Shown in pieces: positions 38,759 through 47,068 of a stretch of DNA of 64,000 nucleotides. Position 1 is the first letter of the stretch, and the number at the start of each line of letters is the position of its first letter. Under the pieces are notes generated by a model, which saw nothing but the letters and a program-made list of their open reading frames with translations, did not search any database and was not told the DNA's origin. Location of the stretch: the IMG/VR virus record IMGVR_UViG_3300035210_000191; one strand, 5' to 3'. Made by a program: the position numbers and the translations under genes. Source of the stretch: an uncultured virus (IMG/VR IMGVR_UViG_3300035210_000191). Its lineage: Duplodnaviria; Heunggongvirae; Uroviricota; Caudoviricetes.

Positions 38759-38924
38759 TAATTTTCCTAATCTGTTTTAATACAAGTAAAAAAAGGCCGT
38801 AAAGTTATTCGTAACTGTATCACTTATCCTTAATTTTATCAACAAAAAAGAACACAAAGAAATGGTTACTTTTTCTTTATTTTCTGTTATAATAGCTTCA
38901 ATTAAACCAGTTGAGGATTTCAAT

Positions 38925-39224
38925 ATGCGATTTGTTATGGAGTATTCTATCGGTGACGAGTTCACTTGGTATGGAACTGACATCGTTCCATTTGAATATG
39001 AAAGCAAAGAAAAGTTTCTTTATGATATGATGACTGCTTGCCTTGCGGCTGTTGAGCGTAAGGAATATGTCTTCCAATTCATCGGTCGAGAATTCGAATT
39101 GATGTATTTTGGATACTTTAAAAATAAAGAAAAACAAAAAGGTTTTGAATTCTCTGAACCAAGCATTCAAACACTTGAAGAATGGTTTGTTTCCAGACTG
39201 ACGACTGAATTGAAAACCAACTAA
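38925..39224 (+). CDS. Hypothetical protein
   Basis: TGTTATAAT and GAGG RBS before ATG 38925. Confidence 0.7.
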   Translation: MRFVMEYSIGDEFTWYGTDIVPFEYESKEKFLYDMMTACLAAVERKEYVFQFIGREFELMYFGYFKNKEKQKGFEFSEPSIQTLEEWFVSRLTTELKTN

Positions 39225-39234
39225 TCAAGATTGA

Positions 39235-39259
39235 AAAAAGGCACCTGAGTGCCTTTTTT
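39235..39259. terminator. Bidirectional intrinsic terminator
   Basis: AAAAAGGCAC-CTGA-GTGCCTTTTT. Confidence 0.8.
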
Positions 39260-40110
39260 TATACTGCTAGTTTTGTTTTTCGTTTTCCTACTTCATCGTC
39301 ATTCTTTACACCAAATTCTTTCTTGATTTGACGGTTTTCGATAGCTTCTGCTGCCATTCTTATTCCTGACCACGCCAAAGCTCCAACCCCACCAATGACA
39401 CCTAATCCAGTCACCATTAATGAAGCGGCTGACATTCCGCCAACTGCAGCAACTGCACCGCCCATTGCAACGGTTAATCCTAATCCTGTTTTCAAACTTT
39501 CTTTTCTGGTTGAGTAAAAAGATTGTGGTATGATCTTCTCAAGACTTGCCTCTAATTGACCAGAGAGATTTTCTTTAAATACTTTTTTGTGTTTTGTGTC
39601 TGGTAAATTCATTTCTTTGAGAGCGTTATCAAGTGACATGCCATCATCGTTTTTAACAGCATATTTTAAATTAGCCATTTGAGTGAATGATAATCCATCA
39701 TGGTCACTTGTATTTGATAAGATCTTGTTCATTTTCTGTTCAAATTTATTGTCAGCTACAGCCTCATTATCCAAACCCGCCATTTTATCAAGACGTGACT
39801 TATGGTAAGTAGAAACCATTGCATTAACGCCAGCATAAGCAAGTGCTGCTGTGGCTATTCCCAAACTACCTACTAATACAGCTCCACCCACTGGCCCTGC
39901 AATTATGCCACCCGCTACCGCCATTATTCCACCTAATCCACCTAATGTTGAAGCAGTCATTGTTAAAAAACCAACAGTTGACTTTAAATTACTTGATTTC
40001 ATTTTTTCTTCATGGCATGTTTTGGCGTTTAATGACTCTCTGTAATCTTGAATGGTATCTAATATTTTTGATTGCATTTCATCAGCAGTTTTTTTACGAA
40101 ATAAAGTCAT
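39259..40110 (-). CDS. Membrane-associated protein with two Gly/Ala-rich hydrophobic hairpins
   Basis: Two Gly-rich hydrophobic segments; basic tail GKRKTKLAV. Confidence 0.7.
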   Translation of the reverse strand: MTLFRKKTADEMQSKILDTIQDYRESLNAKTCHEEKMKSSNLKSTVGFLTMTASTLGGLGGIMAVAGGIIAGPVGGAVLVGSLGIATAALAYAGVNAMVSTYHKSRLDKMAGLDNEAVADNKFEQKMNKILSNTSDHDGLSFTQMANLKYAVKNDDGMSLDNALKEMNLPDTKHKKVFKENLSGQLEASLEKIIPQSFYSTRKESLKTGLGLTVAMGGAVAAVGGMSAASLMVTGLGVIGGVGALAWSGIRMAAEAIENRQIKKEFGVKNDDEVGKRKTKLAV

Positions 40111-40239
40111 TGACTTTCCTTGTTATTGTTTTAATTCATTTTATCATATTTAAAAAAAAAGATAAGCGGAGCATTAAAATATTTTGTTTTCATAAAAATT
40201 GTGCTATAATAAGTTCTACTCAACCGACAGGAGCTACCC

Positions 40240-40770
40240 ATGAATTCTTCGCTAAGTAAGCTTTTTAAATCGCAAAAAAGTGGCAATGCTCACTATTTAG
40301 AAACAAACTTAATCGAAGCTCCAACTCGTAAAAAACTGGTTGATTCCCGTTTGATGTTTGAACAAGCTGTTGAACTTCACAACCTTGCCGACACTGCAGA
40401 ATCCTTTAAATACTACTCTATCAGTTATGCATTCGCCATTGACAACATCCTTTATCAGTTTGCAAGCATTCAGCGTCGTATTTCTGCACAAGGTGTTAAC
40501 AAAGAGAATATCAAACAATTTGGTGAAGCATCAAAAGAATCCAAATCAAGTGCCTTCATTTACATTCTTCTTCAACAATTTAATACGGGGTCAGAGTTGA
40601 ATTGGAAACCTTTCGTGCGTGGTTACCGTGATGCTGAAATGAGAATTCGTGGTATTTGTGAATATATTTATAACGAAAAATTTACTCGACAATTGACTGA
40701 CGCTATGATTTACACCAGCTTCTGGGAACTCGCCGCTAGTGAACGCATTGAACTTCCTGTTGACTTTTAA
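40240..40770 (+). CDS. Hypothetical protein
   Basis: TGCTATAAT, AGGAG RBS; terminator at about 40790. Confidence 0.75.
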   Translation: MNSSLSKLFKSQKSGNAHYLETNLIEAPTRKKLVDSRLMFEQAVELHNLADTAESFKYYSISYAFAIDNILYQFASIQRRISAQGVNKENIKQFGEASKESKSSAFIYILLQQFNTGSELNWKPFVRGYRDAEMRIRGICEYIYNEKFTRQLTDAMIYTSFWELAASERIELPVDF

Positions 40771-40893
40771 CTGATTATAATACTTGTTAATGAGGCTTCG
40801 GCCTCATTTTTTTGTGTATCATTTTTGAGATTTTCAAATTTGACATTTATCTTCTTTAATTTATACTAGAAAAGCATTAATTTAAAAGGAGAA

Positions 40894-41802
40894 ATGTATA
40901 TGTTCGGAAATGCTTTTATGATACTACTATTAGTCGGATTAATAGGACTATTAGTTTACTCATGTGTTGTTTTGACCAAAAACAAACATGTTTCAGTAAT
41001 TGTTACATTTGGTAAGTTTTCTGCCATCAAAGAAGCTGGTTTGTCTTTCAAACTTCCTTGGCCGATTCAAGCTGTTGATAAAGTTGTTCCTTTGAACATT
41101 TTACAATTGAGCACTGTGCTTGAATTGAAAACTAATGACAACTTATTTATTAAATACCCAATAAACGTTCAGTACCATGTACTTGATGCCGAAAAAGCGG
41201 CTTATGAACTTGATGACCCAGAAACACAAATCATCAGTTATGTTAGCAACCTTGTTCGTTCCGAAGTGGGTAAGAAAACATTCTTAGAACTTTATAGCGT
41301 CCGTGATGAAATTCAAGATGTCATTGAAGAAGTATTGTCTAAAAAGATGGAAGAATTTGGTTTCAAAATTGTTGCTGTTCTCGTTGATGAACCAATTCCA
41401 ACCAGTGATGTTCAAGACTCATACAACTCAGTAACTGCATCTGAGCGTGAAAAAGAAGCTGCCAAGAACCGTGCAGAAGCTTCAAGAATTACTATTGTTG
41501 CAGAAGCTCAGGCACAAAAAGAGTCTAAGAAATTACAAGGTGAAGGTATTGCGGATCAACGTCTTGCTATTAGCCGTGGTTTTAATGAAGCAATTGAAAA
41601 TCTTTCTTCTTCATTGAACATTTCTAATGAAATGGCAGTAGCTATGATTCTTCAATTGAACAAATTTGACACATTACGTGATGTTGCAAACGGTAAAGGT
41701 TCTCTCATTATCAGTGACGCAGGCACTAACGCTGAACTTAAAGAGTTGACTAGTTTGGTAGCCGGTTTGAGATCTACTGAGTTGGGTCACCACAAAGTTT
41801 AA
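40894..41802 (+). CDS. SPFH/band-7 (stomatin-like) membrane protein
   Basis: N-terminal TM; FGKF...GLSFKLPWPI, KTNDNLF, AEAQA...LQGEGIADQR. Confidence 0.9.
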   Translation: MYMFGNAFMILLLVGLIGLLVYSCVVLTKNKHVSVIVTFGKFSAIKEAGLSFKLPWPIQAVDKVVPLNILQLSTVLELKTNDNLFIKYPINVQYHVLDAEKAAYELDDPETQIISYVSNLVRSEVGKKTFLELYSVRDEIQDVIEEVLSKKMEEFGFKIVAVLVDEPIPTSDVQDSYNSVTASEREKEAAKNRAEASRITIVAEAQAQKESKKLQGEGIADQRLAISRGFNEAIENLSSSLNISNEMAVAMILQLNKFDTLRDVANGKGSLIISDAGTNAELKELTSLVAGLRSTELGHHKV

Positions 41803-41818
41803 TTGATTAAGCTTAATT

Positions 41819-41844
41819 AAAAAAGAACCTTCGGGTTCTTTTTT
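41819..41844 (+). terminator. Intrinsic terminator
   Basis: AAAAGAACC-TTCG-GGTTCTTTTTT. Confidence 0.85.
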
Positions 41845-41905
41845 ATTGCCTAAAATTCCTCGTTGTGTTATAATTTCAGCATTATTTTTATAGAGAGAGC
41901 GTATT

Positions 41906-42325
41906 ATGAATCAGATTGTTATTTCAAGAACATTTACCCATCATGGTAAAAATAGCGAAGCTTCAGTGATTGTTATTGAATCTAATCATTCTGTTATTGA
42001 ATTTGATAATTTGTTGAGAAATGCTTTGTTTACTTTTATTACTCGTTGGCGAGATCTTTATGATCAAGTTCAACAAGATTTGAGTGCATGCCAGAAACTT
42101 GAAGAAGGCATGACTGGTTATGATGAAGCGTTGACGGCATTCACGCATTCATTTGACGAACAAATTAACTTTGAAACAAACCATTCAGTCTTTGTTCATG
42201 GCGATTTCAAAATCTCACTGGGTTCCTTTATTGTTGCTAGTGAAATTTGTGATTTCAGTGTCCTTTCCTTGATGGATTGGGTTTCTATTAAAACATCAGA
42301 ATCCAGTGTAGGGTTTAACGCATGA
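41906..42325 (+). CDS. Hypothetical protein
   Basis: TGTTATAAT upstream; ATGA coupling to the next gene. Confidence 0.7.
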   Translation: MNQIVISRTFTHHGKNSEASVIVIESNHSVIEFDNLLRNALFTFITRWRDLYDQVQQDLSACQKLEEGMTGYDEALTAFTHSFDEQINFETNHSVFVHGDFKISLGSFIVASEICDFSVLSLMDWVSIKTSESSVGFNA

Positions 42326-43059
42326 GTACAATGAACGAAGGGCTTAAAGATTTTGTTAATACGTTGAATGCCTATTCATTTGATACGAATAAACTTTTAT
42401 TTAATGGTGTTCACGAGACATCATTAAAGTTAATGAAGTATTCAGTAAAATGGTCAGAACTTGATTATTTCACACCTATCAATGTCGAAAACAACCTATT
42501 TAAAGACTATTCAGATATTTATGTTTTGACAACTAAGTTTTCATTGATTGAACGTGAAATTTATAAATCGTTTGGTTTTGATTTTGACAAGGTAGACTCT
42601 ATTTGCGAAGCATACGTTAATTACATGCGGGATTTCAAAATGCATGATCAGTTTGATGATTCTTATATCAAAGCTGTTTTCCGTGAAGAGTTTACCAGTA
42701 AGTATGATTCCTTTGCAGGAGTCGCAGCAGATGGTAATTACTACTCTAAGGAATTCAGTGGTGGATTAAATCTGAAAGACGCTCGTATTTATATCCAGTT
42801 GTTTTTGCATTTTAAAGATGGTGTCATTCATCCAAGGGCTAAAATTACATTCCCACTCTCAGCAGAGGGCTATTTCTCTGTTATTATTGGTAGCGATGAA
42901 TTATATCAAGTCGCCCAAAAAGTAGTCAAAGAAGGTGTTCTGAGTGAGTTTAAAGCCTTCTTGATTGACGCTTACCCAGAAGAATGTTTTGATGCTGTTG
43001 AATTTGATGAAGAAACGCTTAAACAATACTTAACCGTTCTTAGCATGGAAAAAATTTAA
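42322..43059 (+). CDS. Hypothetical protein, MxxI family
   Basis: Ends FDEETLKQYLTVLSMEKI. Confidence 0.8.
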   Translation: MSTMNEGLKDFVNTLNAYSFDTNKLLFNGVHETSLKLMKYSVKWSELDYFTPINVENNLFKDYSDIYVLTTKFSLIEREIYKSFGFDFDKVDSICEAYVNYMRDFKMHDQFDDSYIKAVFREEFTSKYDSFAGVAADGNYYSKEFSGGLNLKDARIYIQLFLHFKDGVIHPRAKITFPLSAEGYFSVIIGSDELYQVAQKVVKEGVLSEFKAFLIDAYPEECFDAVEFDEETLKQYLTVLSMEKI

Positions 43060-43060
43060 A

Positions 43061-43762
43061 ATGAAAAACTTTAAACAGATTGTTCTCAATGAAATCAATG
43101 AATATAAAGAATCCCGTAAAGAAGGAATCTTTAAATGTTACATTGAGGAAAATAAGTATAATCAATACATGACCTTCAATCAAATTAAAGCGGATGTTTT
43201 TGAAGTGAATGTGACAGCCTTAAATCTTGACATGCTTAAAGAAATTTATGGATTGTTTTCAATAGATTTAAAGATTGTGAGAGAAATTGTTGATCTGTTC
43301 ATGTCACATATGGACAACACACAATTGACAACAACCGTAAATAATCAACTTACATTTGATATTGAAAACTTTTGGGCTGATAGCTTTTATTATGAAATGC
43401 TAGTCCCCTTGAAACATCGACAGGTTATTGCGAATCGGGAAAATTTTTACACTGTCCTGAAAGGTTACAATGTTTGTCCAAGTGTTCAAGTGGTTATGAG
43501 ATTTGTTGTTAAAGGTGATCATTTTGAACCTTTTCTAGATATTTACTTGCCTTTGGCGTGTAAAGAACGTTTCTTGGTGAGCATTAAACACAATTACAAT
43601 ATTACTGATATTGATGAAATCATGAAGAAAGCAATTCGCCAACGTGTTCTTTGTTTGTTAACGACAAAGAAGATTAAACTGTTCAGCCGACAAGATATTA
43701 AATCAGCCGATTTTGACGACATTGGACGATACATGACACTGATTGCTATGGACTCTATTTAA
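43061..43762 (+). CDS. Hypothetical protein, MxxI family
   Basis: Ends FDDIGRYMTLIAMDSI. Confidence 0.8.
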   Translation: MKNFKQIVLNEINEYKESRKEGIFKCYIEENKYNQYMTFNQIKADVFEVNVTALNLDMLKEIYGLFSIDLKIVREIVDLFMSHMDNTQLTTTVNNQLTFDIENFWADSFYYEMLVPLKHRQVIANRENFYTVLKGYNVCPSVQVVMRFVVKGDHFEPFLDIYLPLACKERFLVSIKHNYNITDIDEIMKKAIRQRVLCLLTTKKIKLFSRQDIKSADFDDIGRYMTLIAMDSI

Positions 43763-44535
43763 TGCAAAAAATCACTGCACTAGAAGCGGACGAAATCCGA
43801 AAGTTTCAACAACATTTGTCATCTGTCATTCCATTTGAGCATGATAATCAATTAGTCGATATATTTCCAAGGTATAATGGCTTTAAATCTTCGGATTTTA
43901 TTTGCAATGCTAATCGTAGTAGTTTGAATATACGATGTAATCGATCCATTATGGAACATATTTGTAATTATTTTGATCTGTCATTTGTTCCCATAGTAGA
44001 AATGATGACATCAGTTGCTCAATGTTTTGACGAACATAAATTGATCTCATATGATTCGTATGAAAAAAGTTTAAAGACGTTTCCTAATATTGATGAGATG
44101 AGTCTTCCTGTTGATATCACACCTTTAAATTTTCACGATGTAAAAAAACCTTTATACCGAGCGGCTGATGTCGCTATGCGGAGTAAAATATTTTTCAGTG
44201 CGTCTTTTGATTTTACTGAAACTCCAAAACTATTGATTAACATTGATTTTTTAGTTAACTATGGCTATGTCGTAAGAGTGGAAATCTCTAAACCAGTGGA
44301 TGATATTAAACAGCTTCGAGTGAGCACCCTAACATCATTAAGTTCAGTCGGTCGTAATAGAAAAAATTATAAAGTTGTCAATGAAGCACAATTGTTTAGA
44401 CACTTGAAACGGTATGCATTCAGACGCATTCGTGTAGTCTTAATTAAATTACTGAAAATGGATAATGATACGTTTTTACAAGATAAAAAGAATCTTCCAC
44501 AATATATTTCTTTGGCTGAGATGGCTTTAATTTGA
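43762..44535 (+). CDS. Hypothetical protein, MxxI family
   Basis: TAATG coupling; ends LPQYISLAEMALI. Confidence 0.8.
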   Translation: MQKITALEADEIRKFQQHLSSVIPFEHDNQLVDIFPRYNGFKSSDFICNANRSSLNIRCNRSIMEHICNYFDLSFVPIVEMMTSVAQCFDEHKLISYDSYEKSLKTFPNIDEMSLPVDITPLNFHDVKKPLYRAADVAMRSKIFFSASFDFTETPKLLINIDFLVNYGYVVRVEISKPVDDIKQLRVSTLTSLSSVGRNRKNYKVVNEAQLFRHLKRYAFRRIRVVLIKLLKMDNDTFLQDKKNLPQYISLAEMALI

Positions 44536-44588
44536 CCTTACTGTCTAATTACTATATACTTAGTCATCTATTTTAAGAGGTATGCCCT

Positions 44589-45002
44589 ATGAGTTTCGAT
44601 AACCGTATTTTTAATGTCAATGGCGAAGATGACCAACATCTTGAAATGGCGATTAAGTTAGCCTTTCAAATTCAAAGTAATTATAATGAAAAAGGTGCAT
44701 CAGCCAAAGGTTATGTTGTCATGCCCACCAAAGGGCTAGTCTTTCTATGGTACAATACACCCGAAGCAATTGCGTTTCCTGAGCCTATTTATGCAGCAGA
44801 AGCATACACGTTTGCTAAGCAGTGGCTAGCCAGTCGTGATGCGAAACAGATTGAACTTAAAGAGCCGTGGGAAGGTGATTGTAAACATGATGGCTCAAAT
44901 GATCTTGGCTGGCGTGTGTATGTTGAAGACTGGGGCCATGTCGGTAGCAATAGCTACACGATTTGTGCGGTTAAGCCCTGTTATGTATGGTACGGTAAAT
45001 AA
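44589..45002 (+). CDS. Hypothetical protein
   Basis: GAGG RBS; HDGSNDLGWRVY...WYGK. Confidence 0.75.
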   Translation: MSFDNRIFNVNGEDDQHLEMAIKLAFQIQSNYNEKGASAKGYVVMPTKGLVFLWYNTPEAIAFPEPIYAAEAYTFAKQWLASRDAKQIELKEPWEGDCKHDGSNDLGWRVYVEDWGHVGSNSYTICAVKPCYVWYGK

Positions 45003-45007
45003 GCTTT

Positions 45008-45032
45008 AAAAAAGGCACTTAGGTGCCTTTTT
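45008..45032. terminator. Bidirectional intrinsic terminator
   Basis: AAAAAGGCAC-TTAG-GTGCCTTTTT, overlapping the stop of the 45019 ORF. Confidence 0.75.
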
Positions 45033-45477
45033 CATTAATTAAATTGTAAATGTTATTTGAAGCCTTTATTGCTTGGTTTAAATAATAAACCCATGATGTA
45101 ATGATACATATAACCATCAAGGGCATTGTTATTAGAATCATAATTTGGTCTACTATTACAAAAAAGAAAAACATTATTTCTGGTAATGGTATTTTTAATG
45201 TCAATGTTATGAATGTGGATGTAATCATGGGTATTAGTGATATAAACAAAATTATCATGGCAATTAGATATTTTTTCAAAATATTTCTAACGTGTATCTG
45301 TAATAATCTCTCTTCATTTTTTTTGTAGTATTTAATATAGATATATATATTTGGGATAAGTATATACAGCAATACAAATACTCCATAAAATAAAACAGTT
45401 ATTGGAATGGAAGCTATTAATATTATTAGTATCAAATATATTTTCTTTAATTGCTTGTAGTTATTTAATTCATTCAT
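45019..45477 (-). CDS. Membrane protein, tandem paralog 4
   Basis: About 4 TM; LKKIY...IPNIYIYIKYYK...SWVYYL. Confidence 0.75.
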   Translation of the reverse strand: MNELNNYKQLKKIYLILIILIASIPITVLFYGVFVLLYILIPNIYIYIKYYKKNEERLLQIHVRNILKKYLIAMIILFISLIPMITSTFITLTLKIPLPEIMFFFFVIVDQIMILITMPLMVICIITSWVYYLNQAIKASNNIYNLINEKGT

Positions 45478-45495
45478 GATTTTATCTTTTTTATT

Positions 45496-45924
45496 TTAAA
45501 TTGCATTATTAAATAGGCGACTATCTACGTTGCCAGAAGCTTTAATTAAACTGTACAAGTAATATATCCACCCACCTAAAAAACCTATAAAAATTGAAGT
45601 CATTGAAAATATTAACACTAAATAGCCTGTTCCATTTTCTATTTTTGCATAGTTTATGAATAACATTGATAGCAGAGGTAAAAATGAAATAATAACGATT
45701 GTCATCGAAATTACACATTTTTTCAACATCTCACTGATATGTAATTCAAACGTGCTTTCACCATCTCGTTTATAATATTTACTGTAAATGTAAAGATTAG
45801 GTATCAATATATACAGCAATAAAAATGGTCCAAAAAATAGTATGGCTATTGGTGAGATAGCTGTGAGCATTATCATTCTTGAATATATATTCTTTAAACA
45901 CTCATATTCGTTTAAATTATTCAA
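45496..45924 (-). CDS. Membrane protein, tandem paralog 3
   Basis: LKNIY...IPNLYIYSKYYK...GWIYYL. Confidence 0.75.
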   Translation of the reverse strand: MNNLNEYECLKNIYSRMIMLTAISPIAILFFGPFLLLYILIPNLYIYSKYYKRDGESTFELHISEMLKKCVISMTIVIISFLPLLSMLFINYAKIENGTGYLVLIFSMTSIFIGFLGGWIYYLYSLIKASGNVDSRLFNNAI

Positions 45925-46367
45925 ACTTCACCTCTTATTTGTTTATTGAGTAAACTGTGATTTTTAATTAATTTGTATCCATAATACGACCAAGAAAACG
46001 CTGGGCCTATGAAACATCCAATAGCCGCCAAGAACATCATTAGATATTCACCACCAGTGGGTTGACCACCATCTGCTCCAACAAAAACTAACATCGGCAA
46101 CAAAGAAACTACAAGTATTCCACCGGATATCCAAAAAGCCATCAATATTTTTTTAATATGAGATTGAAAAGCGTCATGATCAGTAAGCTTATAATATTTT
46201 GTCCAGATTAAGGCATGAGGAACAATAATTAATAAAAGGAGCAAAAGAATGGCAAGTATATAAGATTGAAACGCAATGTAAAAACAAAGTGTAGGCACTG
46301 CAAACGTCATAAAAATTAAAACTTTGTAAATATTATCCAATGTTGAATATCGGTTGTTGTCATCCAT
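45921..46367 (-). CDS. Membrane protein, tandem paralog 2
   Basis: Likely start MDDNNRY; LDNIY...WTKYYK...SWSYYG. Confidence 0.75.
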   Translation of the reverse strand: MDDNNRYSTLDNIYKVLIFMTFAVPTLCFYIAFQSYILAILLLLLLIIVPHALIWTKYYKLTDHDAFQSHIKKILMAFWISGGILVVSLLPMLVFVGADGGQPTGGEYLMMFLAAIGCFIGPAFSWSYYGYKLIKNHSLLNKQIRGEV

Positions 46368-46478
46368 GAGGACACATCTTTGATTGTTGTTTATATTATT
46401 ATAATATGTAGTTGTTCTTTTACAATCAAATAAACTAAAAAAAGACACATAAGTGCCTTTTAAATATTATTGTTGTTT

Positions 46479-46919
46479 TCAAGCTATAAATATATTATTT
46501 TTTTTCTTTTTCATTTTTTCAAATTGATGATATTCCTTTATCAAAACGACTAAATAATAGCCCCATGCACCGATAGAACCTATAAATTTTATGACCACAG
46601 CAATCATATCCATCGTCGCAGTCATGTCATTGACAACCGTATATGAAGTTATTAAAGCAGGTATAGAGGTTAGGAACAAAATAGTAATGGATGTGCTAAA
46701 GAAATGCAGTAATTTTCTAATCTCTCTATCAAAAGATGAGCGAACCAATTCGTTGTAATATTTCATAGACATGATTAAGTTGGCTATTAGAGCGATTGTT
46801 AACACCACTGGTAGTCCAAAGGGCAATGAAATGAATAATGCCATGATTGGCCCACAGATTGTGAGTGCTATAAAAATTCTATAAATTGTAGTTAATATTG
46901 ATTGATCCTGAGTGTTCAT
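46479..46919 (-). CDS. Membrane protein, tandem paralog 1
   Basis: LTTIY...SMKYYN...AWGYYL. Confidence 0.75.
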   Translation of the reverse strand: MNTQDQSILTTIYRIFIALTICGPIMALFISLPFGLPVVLTIALIANLIMSMKYYNELVRSSFDREIRKLLHFFSTSITILFLTSIPALITSYTVVNDMTATMDMIAVVIKFIGSIGAWGYYLVVLIKEYHQFEKMKKKKNNIFIA

Positions 46920-47031
46920 AATTTCCTTATTATAATTGTTTTAGGTTGTCGTTTAAATAATACATTCTAATTTATTATTACTACTTTAAGCATTATAATA
47001 TGACGATTTTCTTTTGCAATCATCGAACAAT

Positions 47032-47057
47032 AAAAAAGACACCGCAGTGTCTTTTTT
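47032..47057. terminator. Intrinsic terminator
   Basis: AAAAAAGACAC-CGCA-GTGTCTTTTTT. Confidence 0.8.
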
Positions 47058-47068
47058 ACATACTCTAA

